Source of the DNA: Lingula anatina
Taxonomy: Eukaryota > Animalia > Brachiopoda
Length of the DNA: 64,000 nt
Direction of reading: 5' to 3'
Assembly (NCBI GenBank): GCA_051362555.1
Contig: CM120640.1
Span: 19,220,001 to 19,284,000 of the forward strand
The stretch's first letter is position 1; every line of letters starts with the position of its first letter. The translations under genes and the position numbers were made by a program. Below are positions 1 through 13,220 of this stretch, in pieces. The notes beneath the pieces are model-generated. The model did not search any database and was not told where the DNA came from. It saw only the letters and a program-made list of their open reading frames with translations.

Positions 1-182
1 AAGATGGGTGCGGTATTATTCAGCTTACATATATAGTTTATTAATCGTTTAAATAATTGAAAGGAAAAATACTATCTTCTAATATACAATAATATAAACA
101 AACTCGTATAAATGATTCACTCTAGTACTTTAATAGAATTATTTCTACATTATATATTAGAATTTCATCCAATAATGCTCAC

Positions 183-3100
183 CTAAAACATTCCCCTTTA
201 CTTTCTGCTTACTTTTCCTCTTCCAGTCATCTCTAACTGTTTGTGTGTCTGGTTCCTCAGTGTCTTCTCTTCCCTCTGGTTCTCTCTCCCTTTCTCTCAG
301 TCTCTCTGGCTCCCTTTCGCGCATTCTCTCACGCCTGTCCTCAGCCCCCATGATTTCTCCAGCCAGCTCACGAAGTCTTTCTCTCATTTCTCTTCTCCTT
401 CTTTCCCCAGCTATCTCATTACTATCAGGCTCTTCCCTCTCCTCATCCCTGCTCCTTTCCTCCTCTTCTCTGTTTTCCATAGAGTCCCTTGGTGTTCCTC
501 TTGTCTCTTCTTCTCTTTCCCCTTCATCAACAACAGGCTGACTCTGGGCCTCTCCAGGTTCTGGCTGGCTCGATTTAATGGTCATGAGTTTTTGGCGAAC
601 CTTAAACACGGCTTTGTAAATCTCTAGCATTTGCTTATTTGGGACAGTGCTGAAATTGATTGTTTACATAATATATATCTAATGATGATGCCAAAGCATG
701 TACAATGATATCAATTATAACAACTTTTTGTATATTTTCAATATAATACAATTAAAACAATAGCTTCTGTCTATATTTTTCATAAGTGAACTACTTTATA
801 TTTTGGCATATTGTTCACTTCAATTGCAGTTTTGTCCTAACCTTGCTGATTTTCAATTAAAAAAATGAAAAAGTCATACTTGGAAGAGGAAACAGTCTGA
901 TTCAGTAGATCAGTGTGTTTGAGGAAACAAGCCAAAGTATATCTGGATACTGTGGTAAGTAGTGGATCATCCTCTTCTTCTGTACAGTCCCATTCTGAAA
1001 GGCATGGAAAAAATGTGCATTTAATTTGTCATTTCTCTTCATCATTTTTTTTTTCTGTAAAACATTGCATTTAACACATGTACACCATTTTACTAGAAAA
1101 ATTTAAGGACCAAAACTTACAAATTCTTACACAACAGACATTCAAGAGAGCTGGTAGTCTTGAATCAAATTTTCACCAAACTGTACTCATAATAAACATA
1201 TAACATTACTCACCTCTTGATCGAGCATACTCCAGCATTTGTTGACATATATCAGCAGCTGGCCCAGTGTTTTGGCCCTGCGCTATTTGTAAAAGAACTG
1301 GGATCTTTCCAGAAAGTGGTATCTGTACATCAGAGCTGCTGTCCTCCGAGTCCCCACAACCACTTATAGCAGAAGTGACAACACAATCCAAGACTTTGTC
1401 TAAAATACAATTATCAGCAATTAAGATGATTACTGTCATTATTAACCATAACCACAAGTCTAAGCAATTTTCATTTTGGATGCAGCATACAACTTTCTCA
1501 TCAAAATTAACAAATTAACTAATCATTGTTAATAAAAACTACAGTACCAGTATTCTCAACTTTGAAATTCAAAAGTTCTACTTTCAAATGCAACTATTTT
1601 ATTTTAAGTATTTCCTTAATTCTTAAATATTCCTCACCCAGTTCTTCAGCAGACATCTCCAGACCGTTGCTAAGTAAGTGTGCCTGCAGCCAGCCAGCTG
1701 TCTCTTTCTCCTCACTGGACATGGGGGCCCCCATCAGCATACCTCCAATACACCTCCCCACCAGCAGTGCACATGCCCTTTCCAGGTCCACCAGCCACAC
1801 CCAGGACTGAACTGGAGGGGTGAGGGGCACAATAGAGGCATCTGCACTCTCAGGGGTAGCTGGGGATATTAAAGAATATTATAAAATAGAGAAGAATATT
1901 CCATAGTGAAACATTTATAACCTATAAAACCACTGATTATTTAAAGGGATTATTTGAAAGTACCATTAAGAATAATGGGATCAATTACTCTCCCCTCACC
2001 CTCAACCCCTCCTTTGAGTTACAGATTCAGACTGAATATATCTAAAATTCAAGCTTATAAGTGAAAATTTCAGTTTTTTTTGTAAAATAATGTAGCCACA
2101 AGCTAAACCAAAATGGTAAAATAAACTTAGCTTACAGTGAAGTGGCCAGCCCAGTTCCTGGTCCTCCACCACTGTAGCTGCAGGCAGGAGTCTGTTCAGT
2201 TTGTCTATAATAGGCAGTAGTGCCAGGAGATCATGTAGGATAGGAATAATGGTCTTCACTGGAAGGAGCTGCAGTGAGTGGATCATCTGGAAGAGTAAGG
2301 CTCCGGCCTGGGAACTGTAGAGAAGATCTGGGAAGAGAATTGAAGGAGGATTGTCAGGTATGATGATGATGATGATAATGATAATTATAATAATAAAAAT
2401 AAAAAAATAAAAAAAATCAGTAAATAACTTCTAATAATATTCAACTTTTTCATAAATTCCGTACCTGTTTGAAGTTCCATCAACTAAAGCCTTAAAATTT
2501 ACACTTTAAAGTTAAAGAAGAAACAATCAATTTGAAGTGGTGGTTGCACAAAGCACCTTATTATCAACTTTTTTTTGCTACAAAACTTTGATTTTCATCG
2601 TGTAATTTAGTTTTGGATATCCTCATTTTTTTTATTTTGTTGTTTCTTTACCTTTTATCTTATTTAGCAGCTCTTCAGACTGACCATGGTCTATGAGAAT
2701 AGACCATGCTTTTTGGAAAATTTCTCCTGTCAAGGGCAGCATCAGGGACAGATGCTTGTGCAGCAAACCTAAGGCTGGAGAGGTCTGGAAAAGTTGAACA
2801 TAACTAGTATTAACTACTTAATATGCCATATTGTGTCAAAACTTCATAAATGTATTGATAAAAATAATAAAGATATTAACCATAATATAACATAATTAAA
2901 CATATCAAACATTATCATAAATTCAAATTTCAAATCCATCAGTACCAAGTACATCTTAATACATAAATAGGCACACTGTGCTGGAGAAAACTTGGTTCCT
3001 TTATCAATCAAAGGCACTTTATGAGGTAACATATCCCTTCATCTCTTACCAATGACTCATCTGTAGAGTTGACATAGCAATAAGCCAGCACATGTTTCTG

Positions 3101-4767
3101 CATTGAACCCAGGAGTTGCTGCAGGCAGGCTGGTGGTCCCAGGTCTTCACTTGGCTTCTCTTCTTTCTCTCCAGCCGCCACCAAGTCATTCAGGACTTCC
3201 ATCTGACAATGATTATGACGATGTCAAGATTAACACTAATATCATACGTGTCTCAAGATGCTTTCTGCATGATAATTTGATGAGATTCAAAAACTGAAAT
3301 ACTGTGTGTCCCATCTTTTTTTTTCATCTTATCATTCAAATTTTTAACTGAAAATGGGACAAAAATTTAAAAAATTGACATATTTCTGGGTTTGAAATTT
3401 GAAAAATTGTTCAAATATCTAAATACACCCTGATTAGTCACCAATACAAAACAAATAAGAGAAAATAAATTCCTAATACAAATCAAACCATCTTCTTACA
3501 GTATAAAAACTAAGATTCCTGAGAATAGTCTTCATGAGTAACTCAGCTAGGTGCATGTCCGAGTCGACCAGTATCTGGTCAGGTTGGCCAGAGGTGTCCA
3601 CTGCATACCCAAACCCCAGCAGAGAGGCAACGTGGCAGTTGTCCTGCAGACTGGTCAATATGATGCTCAGCTGCATCCTCTGTGTATGGAAATGATATTA
3701 TCATAGCCTTATGTGGTCAATAGATGTGGAGGACATCACAATACATAGAGCCATCAGAATAATTCAAAGTTCTTTCTTTTTAATTTTTGTATTTAAAACC
3801 ACAAAATCTTGATTTTAACAGTGATATTTAGTAACTTCACTGTACTACTTATAAAAGAATCAGAACTGTATGTAAATAAGTTACTAAAAGAACTGAAAAC
3901 CACACAAGAATGTAATAACTGTCTTAATTCCATTTTAGTCTAGAATGTTTCTTAAGAACAAATATAAGTTGTTTCCAATATGTAGCAAACTTCTTTTATA
4001 CAGTACATGCACTGTGCTCCTTACCTGTCCCTTGGTGAGACTGTTCCACCTCTCTGGTCCCTGGGGCAGCAGGGAGTGGAGGAGTTCCATCCTCTCACGT
4101 AGGGGAGGCAACAGGAGAGGGGCACCCACTGACAGAGTCTCACTCACAGCCTGTAATATTCAATAACCATTGCAATGGTTGCTGCTTCCAAATATTGGTG
4201 TTTATGCACAGCCAATGTCATTTAAATCAGGTAAGAGACTGGGAATCAACTGTGTTTGCACAAAGTCCAATAATGTATTGTAAAATCAAGGGAGATTTCA
4301 CAGGGTTTTGAGGAAATTGACATAATGGCAGACTAGGGATGTAGGCAGCAATGAATATAAGCGGACAGAATTTATCCACAGATTTTTTCCTGGATAATAT
4401 TTTCTTCTATATTCTACATACAAATTCACCAATTCACGCTTTGCAAGTCACTCCTGCACTGCCATTCCAGGCACACTCTCAGTCAGTTTCACTCATATCA
4501 CTGAAAAGTTAGCCCCACCTCACCAATTCTCACAAGTTTTCTAGCAAACGAAAAGGCCTACTACCTGTTGGACAGTTTCTGGTGTTGCTGAATCCATTAG
4601 TCTAAACAACAGCATTCTCAGTGGCCTGGCCTCTTTCCCCAGCACAGAGGTGGACATGCCACCAGCCAGGGCCAGGGACAGATGAGTGGACAGTAATTTC
4701 AGGCACAGCAGGGTAAAGTTTTCATGAGCACTGGAAATATATGATACTTTTCGTTTTATGAGAAATT

Positions 4768-4820
<53 letters not shown>

Positions 4821-7800
4821 TTATGCATATACACATATAAACTTTGTGTCACATTGTTAGCTGTACACTTTAAAAAGAGTTCACAAATAAGATACAAATT
4901 ATTGTATATTTTGAAAGTAAAAAAAAAAGAAAATAGAGGCATGAAAGGTCACCTTTTAGTTGGGTATGGAGGGAGAGGCTCCTCACTATCCAAACCCTCA
5001 CAGTACCTCTCCAGAAACAGTCTCAACATGGAAAAGGTACCCTCCTGGAGATCCATACAGAATGGACGGTGCCAGGCTACCACTTGTCTGAAAACAAAAG
5101 CCATTTGCCTAGCTGTTAAAACTTATGTGATGATCAAGGATGCAATATTGTTATTATTCCATATATGATTTTATACAAAGAACAATTTAAAAAAAAACAT
5201 GATCAAATGAAATGAAATCCCAAGCCTTAAAACAGCATTCATTATAAAACTTCTTTAAAATCTATAAATATACAAAAAACTCTTTTCACAAACATTTGTT
5301 TACAAATCACTTTGTACAATCACAAGTAAAATAAAATAACCGTGTATGTTTAGAATAGAGAAAGAAAGTCAGAAGTTACCTGTCAGTAGGCAGAGCAGTC
5401 CATGCAACACTGTGTGATGTCCCCGCTGAGATCTGGTGAATACTAGTACCTTCCAATCCAGTCACCTTCTTGGGTCTTGTGATAGGACTCTGTGTGTGTC
5501 CTTGTCCACACTGACCCATTGCATTGTTTCCCCAGGCATACACTTCATTGTCTGATAATACAAACATTAGTTATTTGCATCCTGTTAATTATTGCACACA
5601 TTAAAAATTCATAACTTTTCTTAAAGGTATACAATGGCTGTTAAACATTTACGTAGCAAAAAATGTATTTCTTTAAATTATCAGCAGTTCCTTTTAAGGT
5701 AATTCAAGAATATCGGTCCATACCTTGACCAAGGGCCAAGCAATGTGTGTCCCCACAAGCAATGTCAACAATCCTGGCTCTGGGATACAGATCTTCAATA
5801 AGCTTTGGCCTCATGGAGGTGGCTTCTGCTGAACCACAGCCAAGACAAGAGCCAGTACCCCAAGAAAACACCTAGTGGAACAAAGTAATGACAAATAATG
5901 AAAAGAGAAAATAATTCTGAGAAACAAAATCAACCTATCTAACAGGACAGAAGTCAATAAATAATCCACATATACAGAATTCTCTAGAAATAAAGTATCC
6001 TTTGAAACTGGATATGTACAGTCTGTATACCCACCATGACATTATCTATAAATATTGATAACCAAATTCATTAAATCTTTGGTAAGAAATATCAAGCACA
6101 CAAGTAAATTTTGTGAAATTCATGTAGCAAGGGACATTCTGCATTTAAATACATTTTCTATGATATAAAAAGAACATTCAATACACAAAAACAAAATATT
6201 ATTAACTTTGTTGTGCACATTGCAAAGAAAGTTTTTTTAGTCACTATATATTCCCCTACCATTTACCTGCAGTTTTAATAATAGAAAACATACTACATTT
6301 CACCACTCACCTGTCCAGTGGACGTCAGAGCCAGGCTGCACTGGCTCCCACATGCCACTTTCCTGATGTACAGACCTATGAAAGTTTCTATGACCTTAGG
6401 CTTGAATACTCTAGTGGTGTCACCATGGCCGAGCTTGCCTGAAACAAAGTTCCAAGAAGATTTAATGTATACTTTTGATCATCTTAATTTTGGATGCTGT
6501 TCAAAATCGATACTTCTCTTCCACATATAGAAATAGATACTTTATCTGTAGTAGAAATTTTTTAATCAAATTTCATAATAAAAATCAAAATATTGTTTGG
6601 GAAAATTCAAATTGGAAAAAGCTGAGCTGTCTTGGTATATGGTAATATATTTAAATAAAATCACAACCAAATGAATCTAGCATAAAAATGCCAAATTATG
6701 TTATAGAATCCATCACTTACCATTATCACCTCCTCCAAATGACCACACAGTGCGTCCATCCTGTGACACGGCCAGTGTGTAGGAACTCCCACAGGCCACC
6801 TGTCCCACAGCTGTGATGGACTTGACCAGGGTGGGCAGGTGCTTGCTGTTACTATCACCATGACCTGGGGGTGAGACAGAAAATCATGACACACTTATAT
6901 CAAAGAAAATTATATCAATATTACATTTTTTTTTAATTTGTGGGGTTTTTTATTATAAGTTGATCTTTATATTTTGTCTTCAAAATTGAGAAGAATTGTT
7001 ATTTATATTAATAATACCAATCTTCAGTAAGACAGACAGACTTCAATGTTGTTTAATTACAATTTGCCATAACCTTAAAAAACTCTGATTTCAGCAAAGG
7101 AGCAAGTGAAGCCATATTTTACCTAGCCTCCCATACTGTCCCTCTCCCCACGTGTACAGCTGCCCATCCTCAGTGACAGCAGCACTGTGACGATAGCCTG
7201 CAGAGATACACTTCACAACCTGAAATGACACAGTATTCATAGTGCAAATAAAGTAAAGAGCAGTATAAAATGAAGGCCCAAATCCATTTTAAAAAATGTA
7301 AAAAAATCACCTCAACATTGTTGCCTAGACCCATCAACCTTAGTATCCATGTTAAGGATAGACACATTTGTAAGCAAGTTAGAGTTCTAACTTTATTTTA
7401 TAAAACAATACCTTACCTTGCCAGATAGTGGTCCTGCAATTAGCTTAGGGAATTTCTGAGTTGCCGTGTTGCCATGTCCAAGCTTTCCATAATCACCTGT
7501 GAAAAAAGTATGCCTTTGATAAGAGATGATATAAAAAGAATACTCCCATTAGAAATCTCTGATATTTGCAGCATAATATAATAAAATATAAAACAAACTA
7601 ATTTTCAATATATCTTTAGAAGACCACCTACCATCTCCCCAGCTGTACACCTCCCCGTCGGCTGTCAGAGCCAGTGTGTGTCCATCAGATCCTTTAGAAG
7701 AGGACACTCTTTTAATTTTCTTGCCTTCATAATTCACCTTCTTTGGTGTGGATTGATTATTGGAGTCTCCCAGGCCAAGACGACCATAGCTGCCTTTGCC

Positions 7801-10419
7801 AACTGCTGCCACTGAGCTGTCTTGGTATATGACAAATGAGCAATATTGTCCAGCCTCACACTACACAAAAATATGTAAATATTACCATTTTAATTCTATA
7901 ATCTTGTTTTTATGTAATATATGTAATTTAAATAATTAAAAATTTATAAATGTATATTTTTATGTCTGATCTGCACACGTATTAAACAATAGGATTCATC
8001 AAAATAGTTTTTGTTGTCCACTAACTATGCAAGAACTCTGCATTTTAAGGGTTTAAAATCTTGACTACCATGACAAAGATTGATACACAGTGCATCAGTA
8101 TATGTACATATTTGCAAAATGTGCACAGTGCTAAGGATATGCTGTCACACTTGCACAATATATCACAATACCATCCAACCAACACTTACCACTTGTGCAT
8201 TAGCAAAGCCAACCGCCAATTTTGGTGTCAGCACTTTCTCCATCTGACTACCCATAGCCAACTGATGACTGCTGTTACTTCCCCATACAAACACTTCAGA
8301 GCCCTCTGTGCCACAGGCTGGGTCCTGCATGGGGTTGTTCTTATTTTCATCAGGAGAAACACAACATCTTGCATAGTCACAGGCTAGCTGGCATAACTAA
8401 AACAAATATCATTATATTGTCAGTATCTGCTATTCTCCTAAGTCCTATTTTAAACTGTAGTTTTTTATATATATATGAGGGGGCTAAAATTCTCAAACAT
8501 CATTCTTTATCATCATATTGTACTACTTTCTTAAACTTAATGTTAAGTTATAACTGGAGGAAAAAAAGTTATAACTTCTATATCTTGCAACAAATATAAA
8601 TGCACATCAAGCTATCCAATTGAAAATTATCTAATATTTCTTTTTTTACCTCTTCCATCAAGCACACAGCAGCCCCATAGAGAGAGGTTAGACCCTGGCT
8701 GTCTTCTTGGATATTAGACTGCCCAGATATGTTCCTCTCTACACCTCCCTGTTACAAAAACATAGTGGTTAATAAGGCATGCAGTTAAGAGGCTCTATGA
8801 AAGAACATTTTGTGCATTTGACCATCTTCTTTAACACATGCATCCAGTGAGAGCAGTCCTATCAATGTACCTTTGTTCATTGCAAACATAAATAAATTAA
8901 TAAAAAAGGGTATTATTTAAAATGTGCTGAAAAGGATTTTAAAATGCTAACTGAAAACAACAGATTTAGGTTTAGGGTATAAATCAGTGAGTGGAATATT
9001 CCATAAAACAAAACTTTATCACATTTTTAAAACTTATGCCTCACAATCAATTCCTTACTGAATTTCATAATATTCATTCAAGACACTTTACCCTGATAGC
9101 AATATTTCTGCCATGAGCATCATAGCACTGTTTAGTCATATCATGCTAATCAATCACAATCTCCCTACATTCTGATACAAAAATTCCCCAATACCTTTAA
9201 ATATCAATGTTCAAATTCTTGTTTTTAATGTTTAAAGCCAATTGCATTCACTCACAGCAGACTTTACAATCTGTCCAAGCATACTGAGGAAGAAGGAATG
9301 GTTGATCTTCCCAGGCTGTTCTACCTCTGTGCTGTCTGTCTCATGCCTGGAAGCTGCTGACACACACAATGCTAGCTCAACCCATTCTAAGAGAAATCTG
9401 CAAATGAGGCACACAATCCAAGACAATAAAATTACTTTCAAATAAAAACACAGTTCCAAAATTACCTTATTACACAGTAAATAATGCCATTAGTTTATAT
9501 TATATGTAGAAAGCTTTGGAGTTTTAAATTGCAAAATGGAAGAAATAAAATGATGCAACAACATGTACAGTTCAAGATGTCAACAGAATTTAATCTTAAG
9601 TACACAAAAACAAAATACTCACCTCAAAGATCCTCTCTGGGAGGCCAAGGCAAGCACTAGTTCTGATGCCACTCTTCTTCCACTAACATCAGCTCCAGAA
9701 GTAGGCATACTGGTGCTCTTAAGAAACTGAGTCACCTGGTTCAGTGACTCTACTCCAAGAGGTGGCAGTTTACTCTCATTGGCAAGAGACAGGGAAGGTA
9801 AAGACAGGATCACATCAGCTGCAGTACACAGGACATCCTGGCAAAGGTTAGAACCAGTGGTCATAAGTTTGGCCTGGAGAGTCCAGTTTTGTTTCAGCAA
9901 AGAAAACAGTAGACTCAGTCCTGTTCTTACACCAATATGAATAAGTGCGGATGTTCCAGCTGGGGTCCTATCCACCACTTGCTGCCTTTCCTCATTCTCT
10001 CCCCTTTCTCCACCATTTCTGGATTGATGTTCTTTGACCTTCTGCTCCCGTCCTCCGTGGAACTTACTAGAAATGGCCTGAAAGATACGCTGTAGGACAA
10101 CAAGTCTTTTTTGCAGCACTGCTGCAAATGGCGAATCAGAACACACTACCCTTGCTAATGACAACTGACTGTTCAAAAGAGCATCAAGATAATGTTCTTG
10201 TTCTTCTAAAGAGGGAGCTTCCTGTTCAAAATCTGGAAGGACTGGTCCTTTGAGCTGCAATATATGCTGGGGCAAGGTGAGCACTTCTTTATTCATCAAA
10301 AGGCGCTCATACAATTTGGCAGTTCCCTCCCTGGTTGCCATTGTCTCACAATCTTCATTTACCCAAGATGGGTGAAAATGCTCTAGCCATTTCAGACGTA
10401 CCGGAGGGTTAGAAGCCAT
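183..10419 (-). CDS. HERC1: HECT and RLD domain E3 ubiquitin ligase HERC1, 5' portion (~1440 aa in window; gene continues beyond position 1)
   Basis: The N-terminus [32 protein letters not shown]...LYERLL resembles HERC1. RCC1 repeats are present ([75 protein letters not shown]), as are [31 protein letters not shown] and [24 protein letters not shown]. Phase-consistent GT-AG exons: 9623-10419, 9256-9397, 8650-8748, 8190-8396, 7632-7860, 7417-7496, 7123-7219, 6721-6864, 6311-6438, 5724-5871, 5380-5551, 4953-5087, 4565-4730, 4025-4150, 3500-3679, 3050-3202, 2652-2784, 2136-2327, 1638-1859, 1214-1399, 880-994, 183-649 (last donor less certain). Confidence 0.95.
4769..4820. repeat. (AAT)n microsatellite in HERC1 intron
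   Basis: About 17 perfect AAT units. Confidence 0.95.
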
Positions 10420-10589
10420 TTTGTTTTAGGCTGGTCTGAAACAAAAATATTATTTTGAATAATTCACACATTTCTAGCTGTATGAACCACTGTCAAAATA
10501 TTTCTTTCAAGTCTAGGACCCACAAAACGATAGGGAAAGCATCCCAGTAAAACACCAAAGGGTTATTAACATATTAAGGAGGGGCCGTC

Positions 10590-12693
10590 AATTTGATACT
10601 GTGTGGCACAAGGGCCTACTATTGAAACTACTCAAAACTGGAGTAGGAGGAAAATTTTACAACATCATTAAAACAATGTACAGTAACACCAGATTAGGCA
10701 TCTCTGTTGGGGAAGGGTAGGGAAAGGATAGGAATCAGACAAGGGGATAATCGAAGCCCTACCCTCTTTAATGTGTTCATCAATGATATCAAAGAAATCT
10801 TTAAGAACAAAAATAAGGACTGCTCAATTGATGGCCTAAACCACATCCTCTATGCAGATGACCTTGTCCTGTTGTCAACTACCAAGGAAGGACTACAAGG
10901 TCACTTAAAGCAATAATAACTCTTCGTTTCGGCCAAAAAATGAATTTTCCTGGAGTAAACAACAATTTTCCCATACTTACTAATGGTTAATGAATCCATT
11001 TTTACATTCAAAGTTGGTCACTGGTTTTTTTCTAAAAAGTTTGGTTTTTTGTTAAAATCTCTTAAGAGATTTTAACAGAGTATAGCCATCAATGGAGGTC
11101 ACGTGGTCTAAAGACAAGCTCAGATATCAGAATAATAGCTATAACTGCTGTTTTTGTGGTAAAACAGAATATATTATATTTCTATGAGTTATTCACAAGG
11201 TTTTTATTGTGAAATATAGATCTCATACGAAGAGTTATTATCCCTTTAACAGCACTTCAAACAGAAAATGGAAGCTTCAGGTGAATGAGAAAAAGTCAAA
11301 GGTTGTTATCTTTAACAAACAAGAGAAACTGGACAAAAATATTAACTTCTATATAAATAACAAGGTCATAGAACTTCAACCTGTGAAGAATTTCACATAC
11401 TTAGGCATAACCTTCACAAATACGGGGTCTTTAAAAAAAGCAATTGAAAACCTGAAACAAAATGCAATGAAAGCATCTTTTGCACTGGAAACAGCACTTT
11501 CCTCACACCAAATAACTTCTCCCCTTCTATACATGAAACTTTTTGATAAAACCATCAAGCCAATCTTACTGTATGGTTGTGAAGTTTGGGCAGAGGAACT
11601 ATTTAGAGATAAGAAAATCTCTCTCCAAAAAATGAATAAAATGCCTTTTGAGCAGCTCCATCTAAAAACGTGTAAGTGGGCTCTTGGTGTACGGAAATAT
11701 GCAAGCAACAATGCAAGTAGGACAGAACTTGGAAGGCTGCCACTCTACACAGATATTGTTAAACATGTTTTAAAGTACCAAATTCGTTTCAAAGAACCTG
11801 CTCCAAATAGAATTGTGAAACAAATCTATGAAAAAGAATTCCATTCAAAAGGCCCTAGCTGGTCAAGCTCTCTAAAAACTTTTACAGACCTCTGGGGACT
11901 GTCAACAGATCTAAGCACTGTAGACCCAAACTTACTTCAAGTACATGTTAATAAAAAAATTGAAGAACTTTTTTGGACCGATTTGCACAGTGACAACAAA
12001 AGCAAACTAAGAACTTATAAAGTAATAAAGAAATCCTACACTCCAGAAAAATACCTCATAATAAAATCCCTCTAAAACACTTGCAAAAATTCGAATCAGT
12101 GACCATGACTTAGAAATCGAAAGAGGTTGTTACACGAAACCCAAAAAACCAGTAGAAAACCGAAAATGTCCATATTGCAATGATGTTGAAACAGAAGTGC
12201 ACTTCCTACTAAAATGTAATGAGCATGTGAACATAAGTAAAAGTGATACCGCCTTAATTGTCATCTGATGTAGAAAAACTTGTCTGGATTCTCAATCCTC
12301 AAAGTGAACACTGCTTAAAAACCGTGTCTCACTTCATCCAGAAAACCTTTAAAACAAGACTAGCCTGTCAATAATAATGAGCATGTCTACCATAATACAG
12401 AACAATGTAATTGTCATTATGTAATATAGATATTTTTTATCTTATTATTATTATTATTATTTTCTTCATCACAGTTTATTTTTCCCACATTTATAAGTAA
12501 TATTTCCACTTGTTACTGCAGATTACGTATATAACGTAATTATGAAACATGTAATTTCATTTGTAAGCCTGATATCACATAAGTGTGATAATAGGTCTAG
12601 ATATATATTACTTGTACGTATAACACAAGTAGTTTAGAGGGCCTGCAAAATGTACTGAAACATTTTAGTGCTCAATAAATTATTATTATTATT
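10590..12693 (+). mobile_element. 5'-truncated, degenerate non-LTR retrotransposon (RTE-X/RTE-like LINE), antisense in HERC1 intron 1
   Basis: RT motifs FDTVWHKGLLLKL, GIRQGDNxSPTLFNVFIND and ILYADDLVLLS. Post-RT motifs KWKLQVNEKKSKVVIF, FTYLGITF, KPILLYGCEVW and RTELGRLPL. C-terminal RISDHDLEIERG...KCPYCNDVETEVHFLLKC zinc motif. Ends in AATAAA (12674-12679) plus an (ATT)n tail. Frameshifts and a stop are present. Confidence 0.9.
10909..11245. mobile_element. 337-bp MITE with TTAA target duplication (Kolobok-type) inserted in the LINE RT
   Basis: TTAA at 10905-10908 and 11246-11249. Terminal inverted repeats AGcaATAATAACTCTTCGT / ACGAAGAGTTATTATccCT. It interrupts the RT right after ...GLQGHL. 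Confidence 0.85.
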
Positions 12694-12913
12694 AAAAAGC
12701 AGCAGTCTTCCATCTGCATGATACTCAAACAGCATTTCGAATTTTATGAATGACTTAACTTATATTCATGCACTTTAATGAGGATAACACAATGATAATA
12801 TAGAATATAGGAAGACTATAGCAATTGTGTAAGACTGACTGACAGAAAACGCTGTCGTAGCGAACAAAATCACGATGAAAACAAGAGGTCCATTGATATT
12901 CTAGCCCACCTAC

Positions 12914-13220
12914 CTTTGTCTTTAAGAGGCCAGTTTTCAGATTTTTCACACTAAAATCATAAAGCAGCAACAAAATTACGATTATTAAAATATTTTGAAC
13001 AAGATCTGTTTCGTTTTTTCGGTTTTATCCCGTATCATTTTTCTTGGGTTTTCCCCACTGGGTTTTTCCTAGGTCCAAACGCTATTTCCGTACTCCATTG
13101 ATTGAAGACTTCCACTCACGCATTTCCGGTCTCTGTCATGCGTTGCAGCTCACGTGATGATATGTAGGCTGATATCATGGATGATCCCCCCTCCCCATTC
13201 CACACACGCGCGCGCGCAAG
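12914..13220 (-). promoter_or_regulatory. Probable HERC1 promoter and non-coding first exon
   Basis: Minus-strand donor AAG|GTAGGT at 12914/12913 pairs with the acceptor at 10436-10437 just upstream of the ATG. The segment is CpG-rich, with an ETS-like CCGGAAAT (~13122-13129), E-box CACGTG (13151-13156) and a (GC)n NRF1-like tract (~13207-13218). Confidence 0.6.

Noticed and set aside
241-627. Plus-strand Ser/Leu/Phe-rich ORFs (128 and 98 aa)
   Set aside because: They are antisense shadows of the Glu/Arg-rich HERC1 exon.
4541-5168. ORFs with poly-Leu and poly-Asn
   Set aside because: They are produced by the intronic (AAT)n microsatellite.
9092-9171. 80-nt AG...GT-bounded segment in a HERC1 intron (possible poison exon)
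   Set aside because: It has an in-frame stop, the flanking exons join in phase without it, and nothing in the sequence shows it is used.
11209-12075. 288-aa ORF as a host gene
   Set aside because: It is the post-RT part of the degenerate LINE, and its start lies inside the inserted MITE.
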